Source of the DNA: Lama guanicoe
Taxonomy: Eukaryota
Direction: 5' to 3'
Assembly: GCA_013239625.1 (NCBI GenBank)
Contig: MU054085.1
Span: forward strand, 1 to 64,000
Length of the DNA stretch: 64,000 nucleotides
The notes below the pieces were generated by a model, which ran no database searches, was not told the origin of the DNA, and saw only the letters and a list, made by a program, of their open reading frames with translations. A program made the translations under genes and the position numbers. Each line of letters opens with the position of its first letter. Positions within the stretch are counted from its first letter, which is position 1. Of this stretch, positions 1-12,267 are shown piece by piece.

Positions 1-664
1 GAAGTAAAGACCACTGCAATCTCATGAGAGGCTGAGTGAAAATGGAAGATACGAAAGAGAACCAAAAGTCCAGTCCACCAGACAGTTTTTTTGTGCAGCA
101 GAGGTGCTGAGATGCATAAGATCCATCCTGGTCCTGCAGGAAATGGGAATGTGGAAGGAGAACCACTCGGGAGTAAATTTCTCTAATCCAAATGAGTATT
201 TTAGTGATGCGTTAATAGAGACTCAAAGTGATGAGTGTGAGAAAGGAAAGATACATCCCAGTTGGAGGAAATTGAGATAAACCACGGCCCCACCCCAAGG
301 GAAGGACAGCTGTCTCCCCCACCTTGAGGATCCCTATCCTGAAACTCCCATTGCCTCCAGAAGAGGTGGCTTCAAACCCCATTATGGAGTAGCTGCTCTT
401 GGTTATGACATAGATGTGTTGGTAGATCATTCACAGCTGATCTGTTACTAATGATAGCTATAATTGACTTTAAAATGAATTTATTAGAGTCAGTTTAAGG
501 CTCTTCCTAGGTAAAACCATTCTCATGTTCGCTGTAATATATTCTCTCAGTGGGAGCTTACGGGTAGCTTAGTGCTGGCGTGGAGAGACTTGCCCTTAAC
601 CAAGGCTGTATCCTTCAGAGTGTCACTAGAGTGAATTCAGTTTGGAAATTACTGCTCTGAACAC

Positions 665-860
665 TGTAGTTCCAAAACTTGACCATGTACCAGATTCATC
701 TGTGGCATTTGTTAAAAATGCCTGTTTCTGAACTCTACCACCCCCAACCCCCAGACCCAGTGAATCAGAACGTCAAGGTTGGAGCTCCAAGAATCCCTCA
801 CTCTCTCTTTTTAAAAAAAAAACAAATTCCCCAGGTAATTTTTTTTTCCCAGCACTGATC
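665..860. mobile_element. MER5-like hAT-Charlie DNA transposon relic
   Basis: Motifs gttaaaaatg..ccccagacccagtgaatcagaa..aacaaattccccaggt resemble the MER5 consensus (recall). Confidence 0.55.
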
Positions 861-2310
861 TGCAGACTTCTGATCTACAGGAAAATGTAAATCCTCTAAG
901 ATCAGGGGGAGATAAAGTATGAACGCAGAATGTCTGAAATAGAAAGTGAAAGAAAACAATCATGACCACTCTTTTTAAGAAGTAAAAAATCGAATTTCAT
1001 AGGTCTTCTGGTGCGGTTCCTGGGTCAAGGAAAGGACTGGACACAGAAAGATGCAGAGAAATATTCAAGCCGAAGGCTGGGCCCAGTAAGAGCATCTGCA
1101 AGGCTGTTTGTTTCATCCGTTCAATGTGCTTGTGTTCCCGAGTGTCGTGGGGAAACAACACAGAGGTGGGCTGGTGTTGCGGGTTAAGCTGCCATAGACA
1201 ACAGCGGGCCACACAGATGAGGGGTGCCTGTGTGAGCCCGGAGGGTCGATTGTTGGGTCTTTTACAAGGTAGGGTCTCGAGGTGCCTGATCGGCTTGTGC
1301 ACAAGGCTCTGATTGGCTGTAGGTGAGGTAAGAAGTTTAGGATCCGTGAAGGGCATTGGGATTTACGACTGATAAGGTGGGCTGAAACAAGCCAGCTGGA
1401 GTTACTGTGGGATTAGGCATTCCCTAGGGCTAGTAGTTTGTTAGGGCAAATATGGCCAGAAAAGAATGTACTTTATCTGTTGAAGGATCACAGGCAGACA
1501 TCTGAGAGCCCAGGAATGGGGGTCATTGGACTTTGAAAGACATCATTTGGTCCCATATGCAGTTTATCAACCCTCCTTGTCTATCCAATCCTCACGATAC
1601 ATAGTGCCTGGCTCAGGGGCCCTTCATCGTGTCTGTGGAACTGATTCATCATTAATAAAGTAGCCATTGTCCTGGTAAGAAGTGGTCCTGACCTGCTGGT
1701 ATAAAACCTGCAGGTAGCCTCGGAATTTAGAGGCTCCTGCATTTCTGGGCCATAACCAGCAGAGGGAGACTGGCTCCCCAAGCCCTTGATGGAGGTGCCC
1801 CCCTCCCCCCCTTAGACCACCACTTGGTGGAAATGCTCTGTTCTGCCAAATCAGGTTAAGGCTGTAACAATTTTAGGAATTTCCTCTGAGTTTTCTGAGA
1901 AATGACAGACTTTTTCTATGGATTCTGGCCTAGGAGCGTCCCAGGCTCTCTCCAAGAGTTAGATTGAGTGTTATATTCAAAAGTCTTACTTCCCTTTCAC
2001 TGCAGGCTCCCTGAACTTCAGAAATGTGTTGTCCCTGCTGGGCAAATTTTGTGCAACGCAGAGGAAACAAGTGTGAAGCTCTGCTCAGTATCCCAGAATC
2101 AAAGCCCTTTGCTCATAATAATATGATCCAGTATGTTAACTATGCCGTGTTTTCCCCAGGAATTTGGAAATAAGGGGTAGGAAGATTGCCCTCTGAAAAT
2201 GGAACCTCAAAGTCAAGCTGAATTCAGAGGCTGAGTTGCTCCCAGATTCAACTAGAGCTGATTAAACATCTGGAAGAACGTGCCAGTCAGTAGGGGGCAC
2301 TGGTCAGTCG

Positions 2311-2900
2311 TGATGTTGTCGGAGGCTCTTGCCTCATGCAGGAAAGAATTCAAGAGCAAGGCCTGATAAAGTGAAAGCAAGTTTATTTAGAGAGATGCAC
2401 ACTCCACAGACAGAGTGGTCCTCTCACTCAGAAGGGAAAACAGCTTAGGAGATACACACTCCATAGGCAGAATGTGGGTCATCTCAGAAAGCAAGAAGGA
2501 GAAAAGCCAAGAGGTGTGAGGGTGTTTAGTTTAAAGTAAAGGTAGACACACACTCCACAGACAAAGTGCAGGCCATTTCAGAGGGCAGGAGAGAGAGCGA
2601 CCACAAGGTGCAGAGTTGTTAGGTGTTATGGGCTCTGGAATTTCATATGCTAATGAGTAGAAGGATTACTCCAACTACGTTGGGGAAGGGGCAGGGATTT
2701 CCAGGAATCAGGCCCCCTGCCCACTTTCAGACCTTTTATGGTCAGCCTAGGAGCTGTCATGGCACCCGTGGCTGTGCCACGAGCTCAAGGTCTACTGGAA
2801 GTCTAATCTTCCTCCACCTTGGTTCTAACCGGTGTGTCCTGTCCTCAACTGTTGCGTCATTCCTTTAGTGGTTCTGCCCTGCCTCCTTTCCTCTTGTCTC
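2311..2900 (-). mobile_element. ERV solo LTR (probably ERV1)
   Basis: Reverse AATAAA (tttatt ~2382), ends ..ttgtctc, and three ~45-bp internal repeats (gatgcacactccacagacagagt / gatacacactccataggcagaat / gacacacactccacagacaaagt). Confidence 0.65.
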
Positions 2901-3431
2901 TGAAAGTGTAGAAAGTGTCCCAGAGACATGTTGTTAGGGCCCACCCTCCAAGGTAGGGTAACTTGAGCCAGTGCCTCTGAATACTGTGGTCCCATTGACC
3001 AGACATGACAGACTGTCCTATTCAGGTGTCTTCAAACCCTGGAATCATATATCTGGCTCCCTTTGTTCTGAGCCAACAATCCCCAAACAATGATTTGATG
3101 CTGACTTGACTTCCCAGGGAGCTCTGCCCCGGAGAATGAAGGTGCAGATCATGGGAATTTGGACTATTTCCACTCACTGTGACAGTGATTTCTCTTTATG
3201 AATGAATAGGGCCACTTCCGGCCATGAGTTGTCTGTCCGTGCTGCATCATTACAGGGAAACAGGAGGATGTGGTGGCCATGTGCATAGGGAGTATTTCGC
3301 TCCTTGTAAGAGTTGTTCTGCATTGTAGATTACTCACTCGCCAAGCAAGGGCTGAGAAAGGGACATGAGCAAGGCATGTGTTCTTGGAAAATTACGTATA
3401 GCCAGAACACACACAGATTAAAAGTAAACTT

Positions 3432-4070
3432 CTGACACCTGCACCCCAATGTTCATAGCAGCACTGTATCCAATAGCCAAGACATGGAAGCAACCTAAAT
3501 GTCCATCCACAGATGACTGGATAAAGAAGTTGTGGTGTACACACACACACACACACACATATACATATACATACAAACACACAATGGAATACCACTCAGC
3601 AATACAAAAGAATAAAATAATGCCATTTGCAGCAACATGAATGGACCTGGAGATTGTCACTCTAAGTGAAGTAAGCCAGAAAGGGAAAGAAAAATTCCAT
3701 ATGATATTACTCATATGTGGGATCTAAAAAACACAGAAAAAAAGAAAAAAGAGGACACTAATGAACTCAACTACAAAACAGAAACAGACTCACAGACATA
3801 GAAAACAATCTTATGGGTACCAGGGGAAAGGGAATGGGAAAGGATGAATTTGAGAGTTTGAGATTTGCAAATGTTAACCACTATATGTAAAAATATATAA
3901 AAAAACAAATATCTTTTGTATAGCACCGAGAACTATGTTCAATATCTTGTAATAACCTTAATGAAAAAGAATAGGAAAACAAATACATGTATATATATGT
4001 ATGACTGGGACATTATGCTGTACACCAGAAACGGACACATTGTAACCGATTATACTTCAATTAAAAAAAA
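3432..4070 (+). mobile_element. L1 3' end (ORF2 C-terminus + 3'UTR), 5'-truncated
   Basis: MFIAAL..IAKTWKQPKCPSTDDWIKKLW ORF2 tail, A-tail at ~4063-4070, TSD aaaagtaaactt 3420-3431 / 4067-4078 at a TT/AAAA site. Confidence 0.93.
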
Positions 4071-4409
4071 GTAAACTTTCTATAGGAAATGATGCAGGAG
4101 AGAAACAAGGTGATTTGGTCACATTTGGGAGAATCTGCAGGCTACATTATGCCCATATTTATAGAATTCTATAAATATTTCCATGTGTCAGATAGCTACA
4201 ATCTCCAACGTGGGGCAGAGAGAGGGAGGTGTAGAATGAGGAGAAGGTGATCTGCACAGGTCAAGGGTGCGAGACATCCTGGACCAGGCCTAAAAAACCA
4301 AAACACAAATGTCCAGTCTCAAGACAGTGGAAGCCCTGGGGCAGGTGGGAGAGACCTACTGCTCTCTGGCTGTTGCGCTGAGTTGCCTGGCAGTGATACT
4401 TCTCGTTTT

Positions 4410-5070
4410 CTGTATTAGGGCTCAAGCTAATTTGCTGTAACATATATGCTCCAAAATACATTGACTTAAATCAAGTAGAAGTTTATTTCTCCTCCGTGTA
4501 ACAATTCAACTGGTATAGACGAGCAGGGCAGCTGTGTTCTGTGGGGTCATGCTGGAATCCGGGCTCCTGCCATCTTATTGCTCTGTTGTTCCTTACCTAT
4601 TGCATAGTACTGCCCAGTAGAACTTCCCGTGATGATGGAAAGTTTCTACATCTGTAGTGTTACAATATGATAGTCACCAGCCACATGTGGCTGGCAGTTG
4701 AAGTGTGGCTGAGGAACTAAATTTTTAATTTTACTTAATTTAAATTTAAATAAACCACAGGTGTCTAGTGGTTATTTGACAGAACAACTGTAGATCAGAG
4801 CTAGGTGGTCTCCAAGTTGAGTTCCAGCTCACAGGAAGGGAAAGAGAGTGTTAGTAGAACAAGGGGCTCATCTTTTAGGTTGGAGAGGACCCAGAAGTTG
4901 TGTACATTACTTTGGTTCAAATCTCATTTACCCATATTTAGTCAACTGGCCATATCTAGTTGCAAGGACAGTGGGAATTACTGCTTCTGGCTAGGGGCCA
5001 TGTGCCTAGCTCCAACTCTATTGTTATGGTCAAGTGATGGACAGATTTTGGTGGCCATCTTGAAATCTCA
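4410..5070. mobile_element. MLT1-type MaLR LTR relic interrupted by MER3-like element
   Basis: tgctgtaaca..gaagtttatttctc MaLR motifs flanking the MER3-like insert. Confidence 0.5.
4605..4790. mobile_element. MER3-like hAT-Charlie MITE
   Basis: gcccagtagaacttcccgtgatgatggaaa..agccacatgtggct..aatttaaataaaccacaggtgtctagtgg matches the recalled MER3 pattern. Confidence 0.75.
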
Positions 5071-5759
5071 GCCACAGCGTCTCATCTTTGTAACTTTTAA
5101 CTATGGGACTGTGGGCACATTAACATTTCTAAGCCTTGATGCTAATAAGGATCACTCCTCCGTAAGGTTATTGTGAGGGTCATAATGCGATGATGCTAGC
5201 ACAGCCCTCAGGACCATGCTGGGCACACAGCACTGAGCCTGCATTGAGCTTTGCTGTTAGAGCTTCTGTCACCTCCAGCGTGTGCCTTCAGTGATGCTTA
5301 CTGAGCACTGAAGTCCTTTCTATTCTGAGCGTGGCTGGACTGTGATAATACAAGCTCTAAATAAGAAAAGAGGACTCTGCCAGACACACATAAAGGAAAC
5401 AACATAAATGGAGACGTATCTGCCCATCAGACATTAAGTCTGGTTAATGAGAGTTTGCTTCTGAGAAAAAGGTTCCTTTGGATGCGCGGACAATCCCAAG
5501 TTTCTTAGTTTGAGGCGCACTTACTGAGTTTACAATGCCACGGTGAAGGACCTCTTGGGGGATGCTGGAGAGCTTTCACCCAAGACAGACAACGTGTCCC
5601 TTTCACTCCCCACCGCCTAATAGAGTCTAGTACAGTGAACAGAGAAAGACATGCTTTAGAAAAATATGTCTATGCCTGTAAGCTCACAGTGTTTTCTTGG
5701 TGAGCCGATAATGGGCACAACATCCCTACCTTATTGAAGAAGATAAGTAGAAACTGACC

Positions 5760-6400
5760 ATTCATCTGTTGATGGGCACTTGGGTTACTTCCCTACCTTG
5801 GCTGTTGTAAATGGTGCTGCTATGAACGTTGCGGTACATGTATCTTTTCTAATTATTGTTTTTGTTTTTTCCAGATATATACCAGATGTGGGGTTGCTGC
5901 TCATATGCTAGTTCTATTTTGTAGTTTTGTGAGGAACCTCCATACTGTTTTCCACTGTGGCTGCACCAATTAACGTTCCCAACACAATACACTCAGCCGC
6001 GAAGAAGAAGGAAATTCTGCCTTTTGCAGAATATTATGCTTAGTGAAAAAAGTCAGACAAAGACAAATACTGTATTGCATGTGGAATCTAAAAAAGTAAT
6101 ACAAATGAATGTGTATGCAAAACAGAAACAGAATCACAGACATAGAAAACAAGCCAGTGGTTACCAGAGGGGACATGGAAGGGTGGAGGGGCAAATCAGG
6201 GGTATGGCATTAACATATACAAACCACTATGTATAAAGTAGGTGAGCAACAAGGGTCTATTGTACAGCACAGGGAATTATGGCTGTTATTTTGTATTAAC
6301 TTTTACTGGAGTATAATCTGTAAAAATACTGAATCATTATACTGTACACTGAAGCTAATATAATATTGTAAATCAATTGTGCTTCAATTAAAAAAAAAAA
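5760..6400. mobile_element. 5'-inverted (twin-primed) L1 insertion
   Basis: L1 antisense ~5760-5985 joined to L1 sense 3' end ~5986-6400 with poly(A). TSD tagaaactgacc 5748-5759 / tagagactgacc 6401-6412. Confidence 0.85.
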
Positions 6401-6570
6401 TAGAGACTGACCTGGGAGCAGCAGGGCAGTGAGAGTTGTAGAAACCATCTGTTCTCATGTCAGGAATGTCACACCAGAGTGTCGTGAAGCAGAGATCAAT
6501 GTTTGGGTTTTTAAATTACAAAAAGTTCACTAAGGACTCTCAATTCATTTTAAAGAAATGCGTGATTTCA

Positions 6571-6864
6571 CAGGCTCATAGACATAAAGAAAAAACTTAC
6601 GGTCACCGGGAGGTAAAGGAGGTGGGGAGTGATAAATTGGGAATTAAAAATTTACACCTCTTGGGGAGTGATGGAAATGTTAGCTATCTTCGTTGTGGTG
6701 GTGGTTTCATTGGTGTATCCATACATCTATCAAAACTCATCACATTGTACGTCTGAAATATGTGTAGTTTATTACAGGAATTATATCACAATAAAGATGT
6801 TTTTTAAAAAATAATGAGATTCTCCCCCCAAAATAAAGTGACTGTTGATGCAAAAAAAAAAAAA
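6571..6864 (+). mobile_element. L1-derived retroposed fragment with two polyadenylation signals
   Basis: L1 3'UTR-like sequence, AATAAA at 6790 and 6832, poly(A) 6852-6864, TSD 6552-6570 / 6863-6881 (17/19). Confidence 0.8.
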
Positions 6865-7758
6865 GGAAATGTGTGATTTCAGAATAAACAACTGTAAGAC
6901 TCTATTTCAAAACAGTGGGTGATTGTATTTCTTACGTGCCTTCGGAGCTTTGGTCTTATGCCAGATGAGTGCTGGATGGAATCTTAGGGACAATTTCTGG
7001 ATCCTTCTCGTGCCACTGGCACTAGGTGCATGCCAAAAGCAAGAAGCTAAGTTGGTTTTCTTCTAATTATCATTCCTAATTGCAAGTGACATGAATCAGT
7101 GATTTCACAAAGCAGTTTACAAAACTGCTGTAAGTCAGAACTTGTGTCCTAGTAGAGAAAGCATCAGCCGTGACAGAAACAGAGATAGAATTCCCAGCAG
7201 AGCTCACTGTCATGGAAAACCCTCGAGCTCAGAGCATAAGAGAGACTGTGGCCTGAAAGCAGGTGTTTGGGCAAAAGACAAGAGCAGACCTGCAATGACG
7301 GTGGCACTGGGAGGCAGGGAGGGGAGGGTGAATGTGCCAGCCGGTGCCAGTAGGTCAGCGTGTGTTATTAGCAAGGGCCAGTGAAGGTGTCAATGGGGGT
7401 ATGTGCTAATGTTCTCAGATGCAGCCCCGGCCCTGCAGGGCCTAGTGTGGCTGAACGGACTTGCCCAGGGAGGGCTTCACAAGGGGATCCCTCCACACTA
7501 AACTTCCGGAAAGGGCTGGGCTGTTTCTGGGTTTGGTTCTCATCATTCTGTATAGCTAGTGGTTTAGGAATGATGGTATGTCAGCCCTGGAGGGAAGTGT
7601 CTATTAAAGTTGGCGATGAGAGCCAAGAGCCACAAGCGGGGACAGATGGGTGCATGGTCTTCCTTCTTGCCACTAGGAAAACACCACCCAGTTTTCTAAA
7701 AGGTGAGAAAAAATGTTGCAGTTATGAGACAATGAGAATAAGAATGTCATACTTCCCA

Positions 7759-7937
7759 TAATAATGTGCCCACGTTGGCTCATCGATTGTACCAACTGAT
7801 GAGGGATGGATGTTGAGGGCAGGGGAGTATATATGTGAGGGTGGGGAGGGCTATGTGCAAATTCTATATTTTCTGCTCAAGTCTGCTGTAAACCTGAAAT
7901 GGCTCTAAAAAAAATTAAGTCTATATGAAAAAAAAAA
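7759..7937 (+). mobile_element. Old L1 (L1MC-like) 3' tail
   Basis: gctgtaaacctgaaatggctctaaaa..aagtctat, A-tail, TSD gtcatacttccca 7746-7758 / 7938-7950. Confidence 0.75.
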
Positions 7938-8029
7938 GTCATACTTCCCAGCTGATACAGTGATACAGTCTGGAGCAGGAAATGCTGATTAGCTGATCAT
8001 GTTAAAGGCGAGTCCCTCAGCCTTTCTGC

Positions 8030-8480
8030 CTCTGTCCTCTACGGATCCGTGTTTCCCTCTAGGATAAAGTCCAGACGCTTAATAAGACTTTGCAAGGTCT
8101 CTGATGGGACCTGGCCTGTCTCTCTGTGCTCATTTCTCCTCCCCGCCTCCTCGTGCTCCAGCCACTCCGGGTTTCCCGTGGGAGCCGTGGGCTCTGGCTT
8201 GGCAGGGGCTGTTTCCTCCACCAGCTATACTTTCCCACTCATTCTCCACTCCCTCATTTGCCTCCTGAGTCCTACTCGTTTTTTAAGTCTAAGGCTGAGA
8301 AACTTTTCCAGGCCACCCTGTAGGTGAGGCTCGGTGCCCTTGCCCTGTGCTCCCACACGCCCCGTCTCTCCTCATCACAGGGCCCCCTCTCTTGAATCAG
8401 TGCTTATTTCCCAGTCCCGGTTTCCCAGGAGACAGCCAGCTTCACGAGGCTGGGGACCAGGTCTGCCTGCTTCATGCCCA
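8030..8480. mobile_element. L2 relic
   Basis: ctctaggataaagtccaga..ctccagccactccgggtttc..ggaccaggtctgcctgcttca resemble L2 3'-end motifs. Confidence 0.5.
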
Positions 8481-9631
8481 CCCTCCCCACTTGGGCTCTC
8501 GAGTAAAACAAGTAAAAGATTTGTTTGAAAATAAATTGTGGTAAAATATTTCTTATTTTGAAAAGTACTCTGTGAATCTATAATAACTATAAAAAATTTA
8601 ACACAGAAGATAGATTAAAAAGTGGAAGTTCCCTTGAGTTAAGCTCCACCACTAAGCTCCCTGTCCCCATAGGTAACTTAGCAGTGTGCTGTTAGCCTGC
8701 CAGCCTTCTGTAAGGGTTTTCATATTTATACATGTATAATTTTAAGGCAAAAGAGGAAAAAAAAACAAGCCATATAATGGCATATATGTCATTTATCAAT
8801 TAGATATCAATATAGATATCTAGACATACACATACCATTTATGTAAAAACGAATATATGTGAGTGTGTGTGTGTGAGTGTGTGTGTATGGTTAGCCTTCT
8901 AAGTGGTAAGCAGTAGAAATGAGCCATGGTTGATTTTCAACAGGGAAGGAATTCAATGTCAAGTAGCTCTTAGAATCAGTAGCAGGAGGGAGCGGGCAGT
9001 AGGCTGTAAGCAGGAGAATCAGGCTTGGCAAGTGGGCGGGAGGAACGGGAAGCTGGGCACCCAGCAGCACAGCCAGATGCCCCCACAGGGCAGGTCTGGT
9101 GAGGACACCTCAGCTGTCCTCGGAGCAGGGACTCCTCAGCTGTGCCCTTCCCTCAGCCTCAGTCAGGGCTGCTTGCTGCTGTCACCACTACCCCTTATCA
9201 ACAAATTCTGTCCAGCTGCCGCCACCCCTGCCCCCTCCCATCTTTGCACCATTAATTCTCTACATAAAGGTCCAGTCACAGGGTGGGCCAGGGCTAGTCA
9301 GGAGACGGCAGCACCTGCAGAAGGACCAGATGCGCATGTGTGTGGGGACTTTGACTCCTACAGAGGTGGTCCCGCTAATCTCCTACTCGCTCATGGTTTT
9401 TCTTTTTCTAGTATTTTAAAGTTTTCTTTCAGTGCTTAAGCTTTTTATCCATCTGGAATTTAATTTGGCCTATAGAGTGACATAGGGAGCCAATGTTACT
9501 TCTTTTCTGGATGGCTACTTAGTTTTTCATATATCATTTGAAAAAATAAACCTTCCCCACTCCTACCCTCAGCACATGATGCTTTGAGATGCCACCCTTT
9601 TAATGGATTAAATTCTATACATGCGGGGATA

Positions 9632-10139
9632 CGTTGACTGAAATAAAATGCACAACCTAAAAGCTGAGTGTTACGTTTCATTCGGTAGATTTTCTGAGGA
9701 CTCGAGCCCAGGACACAGCATCTCAGATGTCTCTAAGAGGCAGTTCCAGTGTGGCAAAGTAGAAGCCAGGATGCACGAGGATTTACAAGAATGACCAGGT
9801 AATTGGAACCTCTAAGGATTACTGTTAATTAAAGAAAACCAGACATCTCGAGTTAAGGAACTTAGTGCTTTTCTATGTACTGGGAAGGTGCAAAGGTCTG
9901 GGCTCATTGAAATCATTTCTTTGATATGCACCTGGCTATCTAGGGCCAGTGTCCTGCTCTTCCACATCCTGAGTTCCCTCAGGGGGCACTGCTGGGGTGG
10001 CTGCAGAGGTAGGCTACCTACTTGTCTGCATCCTGAGTTCCCTCCACTCACTGTCATGGGGGTAGCGGTAGCAGCCGATGACTTGATGGTCGCAGAATTC
10101 TTTGTTTACTGATGTGGCCAGCAATATTTTCCATTCACA
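9632..10139 (-). mobile_element. ERV1-class solo LTR
   Basis: (c/t)gttgac...ttcaca ends; near-TSD gata/gaca; homologous over its length to 37221-37726 in the opposite orientation. Confidence 0.85.
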
Positions 10140-10393
10140 GACATATGTATTTATGGATTCTCTGTTCTGTTTCATTGATCTGTTCATGTACGAGTATCAA
10201 ATTATTTCTCTTTTGTCAAAATAACTCATATAACTTTTTTAAAACTTTACATTTTGAAATAATTTCAAACTTAAGTTGTAAGTCTAGTACCAAGAACCCT
10301 CATACTGCTTTCATCTAGATTCTTATTTTCTTTATCACTCTTTAATATATATATTATTATTATATAATTTTTACTCTCAACTATTTAAGGGCA

Positions 10394-11019
10394 GTGCACC
10401 CACTATGGAAAACAGTGTGGAGATTCCTCAAAAGACTAGGAATAGACTTACCATATGACCCAGGAATCCCACTCCTGGGCTTGTACCCAGAAGGAAATCT
10501 ACTTCAGGATGACACCTGCACCCCAATGTTCATAGCAGCACTATTTACAATAGCCAAAACATGGAAACAACCTAAATGTCCATCAACAGGTGNNNNNNNN
10601 NNNNNNNNNNNNNNNNNNNNNNNNNNNNNNNNNNNNNNNNNNNNNNNNNNNNNNNNNNNNNNNNNNNNNNNNNNNNNNNNNNNNNNNNNNNNNNNNNNNN
10701 NNNNNNNNNNNNNNNNNNNNNNNNNNNNNNNNNNNNNNNNNNNNNNNNNNNNNNNNNNNNNNNNNNNNNNNNNNNNNNNNNNNNNNNNNNNNNNNNNNNN
10801 NNNNNNNNNNNNNNNNNNNNNNNNNNNNNNNNNNNNNNNNNNNNNNNNNNNNNNNNNNNNNNNNNNNNNNNNNNNNNNNNNNNNNNNNNNNNNNNNNNNN
10901 NNNNNNNNNNNNNNNNNNNNNNNNNNNNNNNNNNNNNNNNNNNNNNNNNNNNNNNNNNNNNNNNNNNNNNNNAAATGATTAATGAATCAATAAAAATGTA
11001 AAAAAAAAAATTAAAAAAA
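10394..11019 (+). mobile_element. Young L1 3' end spanning the assembly gap
   Basis: [53 protein letters not shown]2 tail, poly(A), perfect 15-bp TSD aactatttaagggca 10379-10393 / 11020-11034. Confidence 0.93.
10593..10972. other. Assembly gap (380 N)
   Basis: Run of n directly visible. Confidence 1.
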
Positions 11020-11464
11020 AACTATTTAAGGGCAAATTACAGACATGATGCCCCTGAACTCCTAAATACTACAGAAACTATTTTCTAAGAACAAGGGCAT
11101 TCACTCACTTAATTAACCATGAGACAAAGATAAAAATCAGGAAATTTAACTTTGTTACAGTGCTATTATCAAATGTCTGGATTTTAAAAAATTCTGTCAA
11201 TTGTCCATCTCAATAATGGCTTTTAAAGTAATTCTCATAATTTTTTCTTATCCAGATGCAATCCAGGATACCTCCTTTTGTCTAGTTTTCTAGATAAAAA
11301 ATAATAATGCCTTTTTTTAAATCTTTTTAAATCTGTATCAGATATTCAGACATTGTTATTCATGATTTTGACATTTTTAAAGAAAATGGGCCATCAGGGT
11401 TTTTTTAGAATATAATTTGGGCATGTACAAAATTTTAAAAAGTCATGCAGTGTAATACTTTTAT

Positions 11465-11900
11465 CTGTCAGGGTCCTGGCAGAAAACTAAAACACTCAAG
11501 AAATTCAGGAGACTTTAGTAAGGGGACACTTTTCAGAGGTTTGAGTGGGTTTAAGATTCACAAAAAGGGACATTGAGCAGCTGTTCTCATTCCTGGATCT
11601 CAAGGCGTAAGAGGAGGGAATATTGCACAAGAGCTGGTGAGAGCTGGAGCTTGGAGGAGAAATGCATCCCCTGCCCGGACACATCCCCCCAGGGCAGGGA
11701 GGTTGCCACATTGCAGGAAATCCCTTCCTCTTTCCAAACTTTTATCTCTGCAGTGCCTCTCAGTGGCTGAATTCAACCAGCACCCAGGGGCAAAGGAGCA
11801 ACACGGTCAGCCTTATGAGGCTCAGAGCAGGGCAGAGAAGAGTGACGAGAAGATGGGAAACGGACAGTGTACATGCAGAGCAGGGAGAGAACGCCGGGCA
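11465..11900 (-). mobile_element. ERVL LTR relic (LTR33-like)
   Basis: tgtcagggtcctggcagaaaa..gactttagtaaggggacactt..tggctgaattcaaccag mirrors the plus-strand element at ~20530-21050. Confidence 0.45.
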
Positions 11901-12267
11901 CTCTGCTGAAGGTTTATAATGAGAAACAGCCATGCCTTACCCACTCCCTTCCCAGTCATGCTCCTCAGAGACAGCCACCTTCAGCTCTTCTAGTTTCCTC
12001 TTTATTATTTAATTCCATATTTCTAAGCAATAGATTTATACTGCCATTTTAAATTTATCCATCGCCTTCCTTAACCACCGCCCATCTTTCACTCACATCA
12101 TAGTTAGATATTTCTCGAGTTGTTATTTCAACACCTTAAATACCTCTTACCCTTCTTTCACCCTCACCATCTTTAGATATTTTGCTTGTTGTTAAGTCAG
12201 TGTTTACATTATTAGGAGTGTGCAGAAATTATTCCATGGCCAAGAGGTTCAGGATGATTGGGCCTTC

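Noticed and set aside
2391..2590. CRISPR-like spaced repeats
   Set aside because: Three diverged repeats inside an LTR in mammalian DNA, irregular spacing, no cas genes.
8903..9439. 178-aa ORF
   Set aside because: Non-ATG start, no recognisable domain, overlaps LTR/L1-like relic sequence.
10394..11001. Long ORFs of 130-194 aa
   Set aside because: Artefacts of translating through the N gap.
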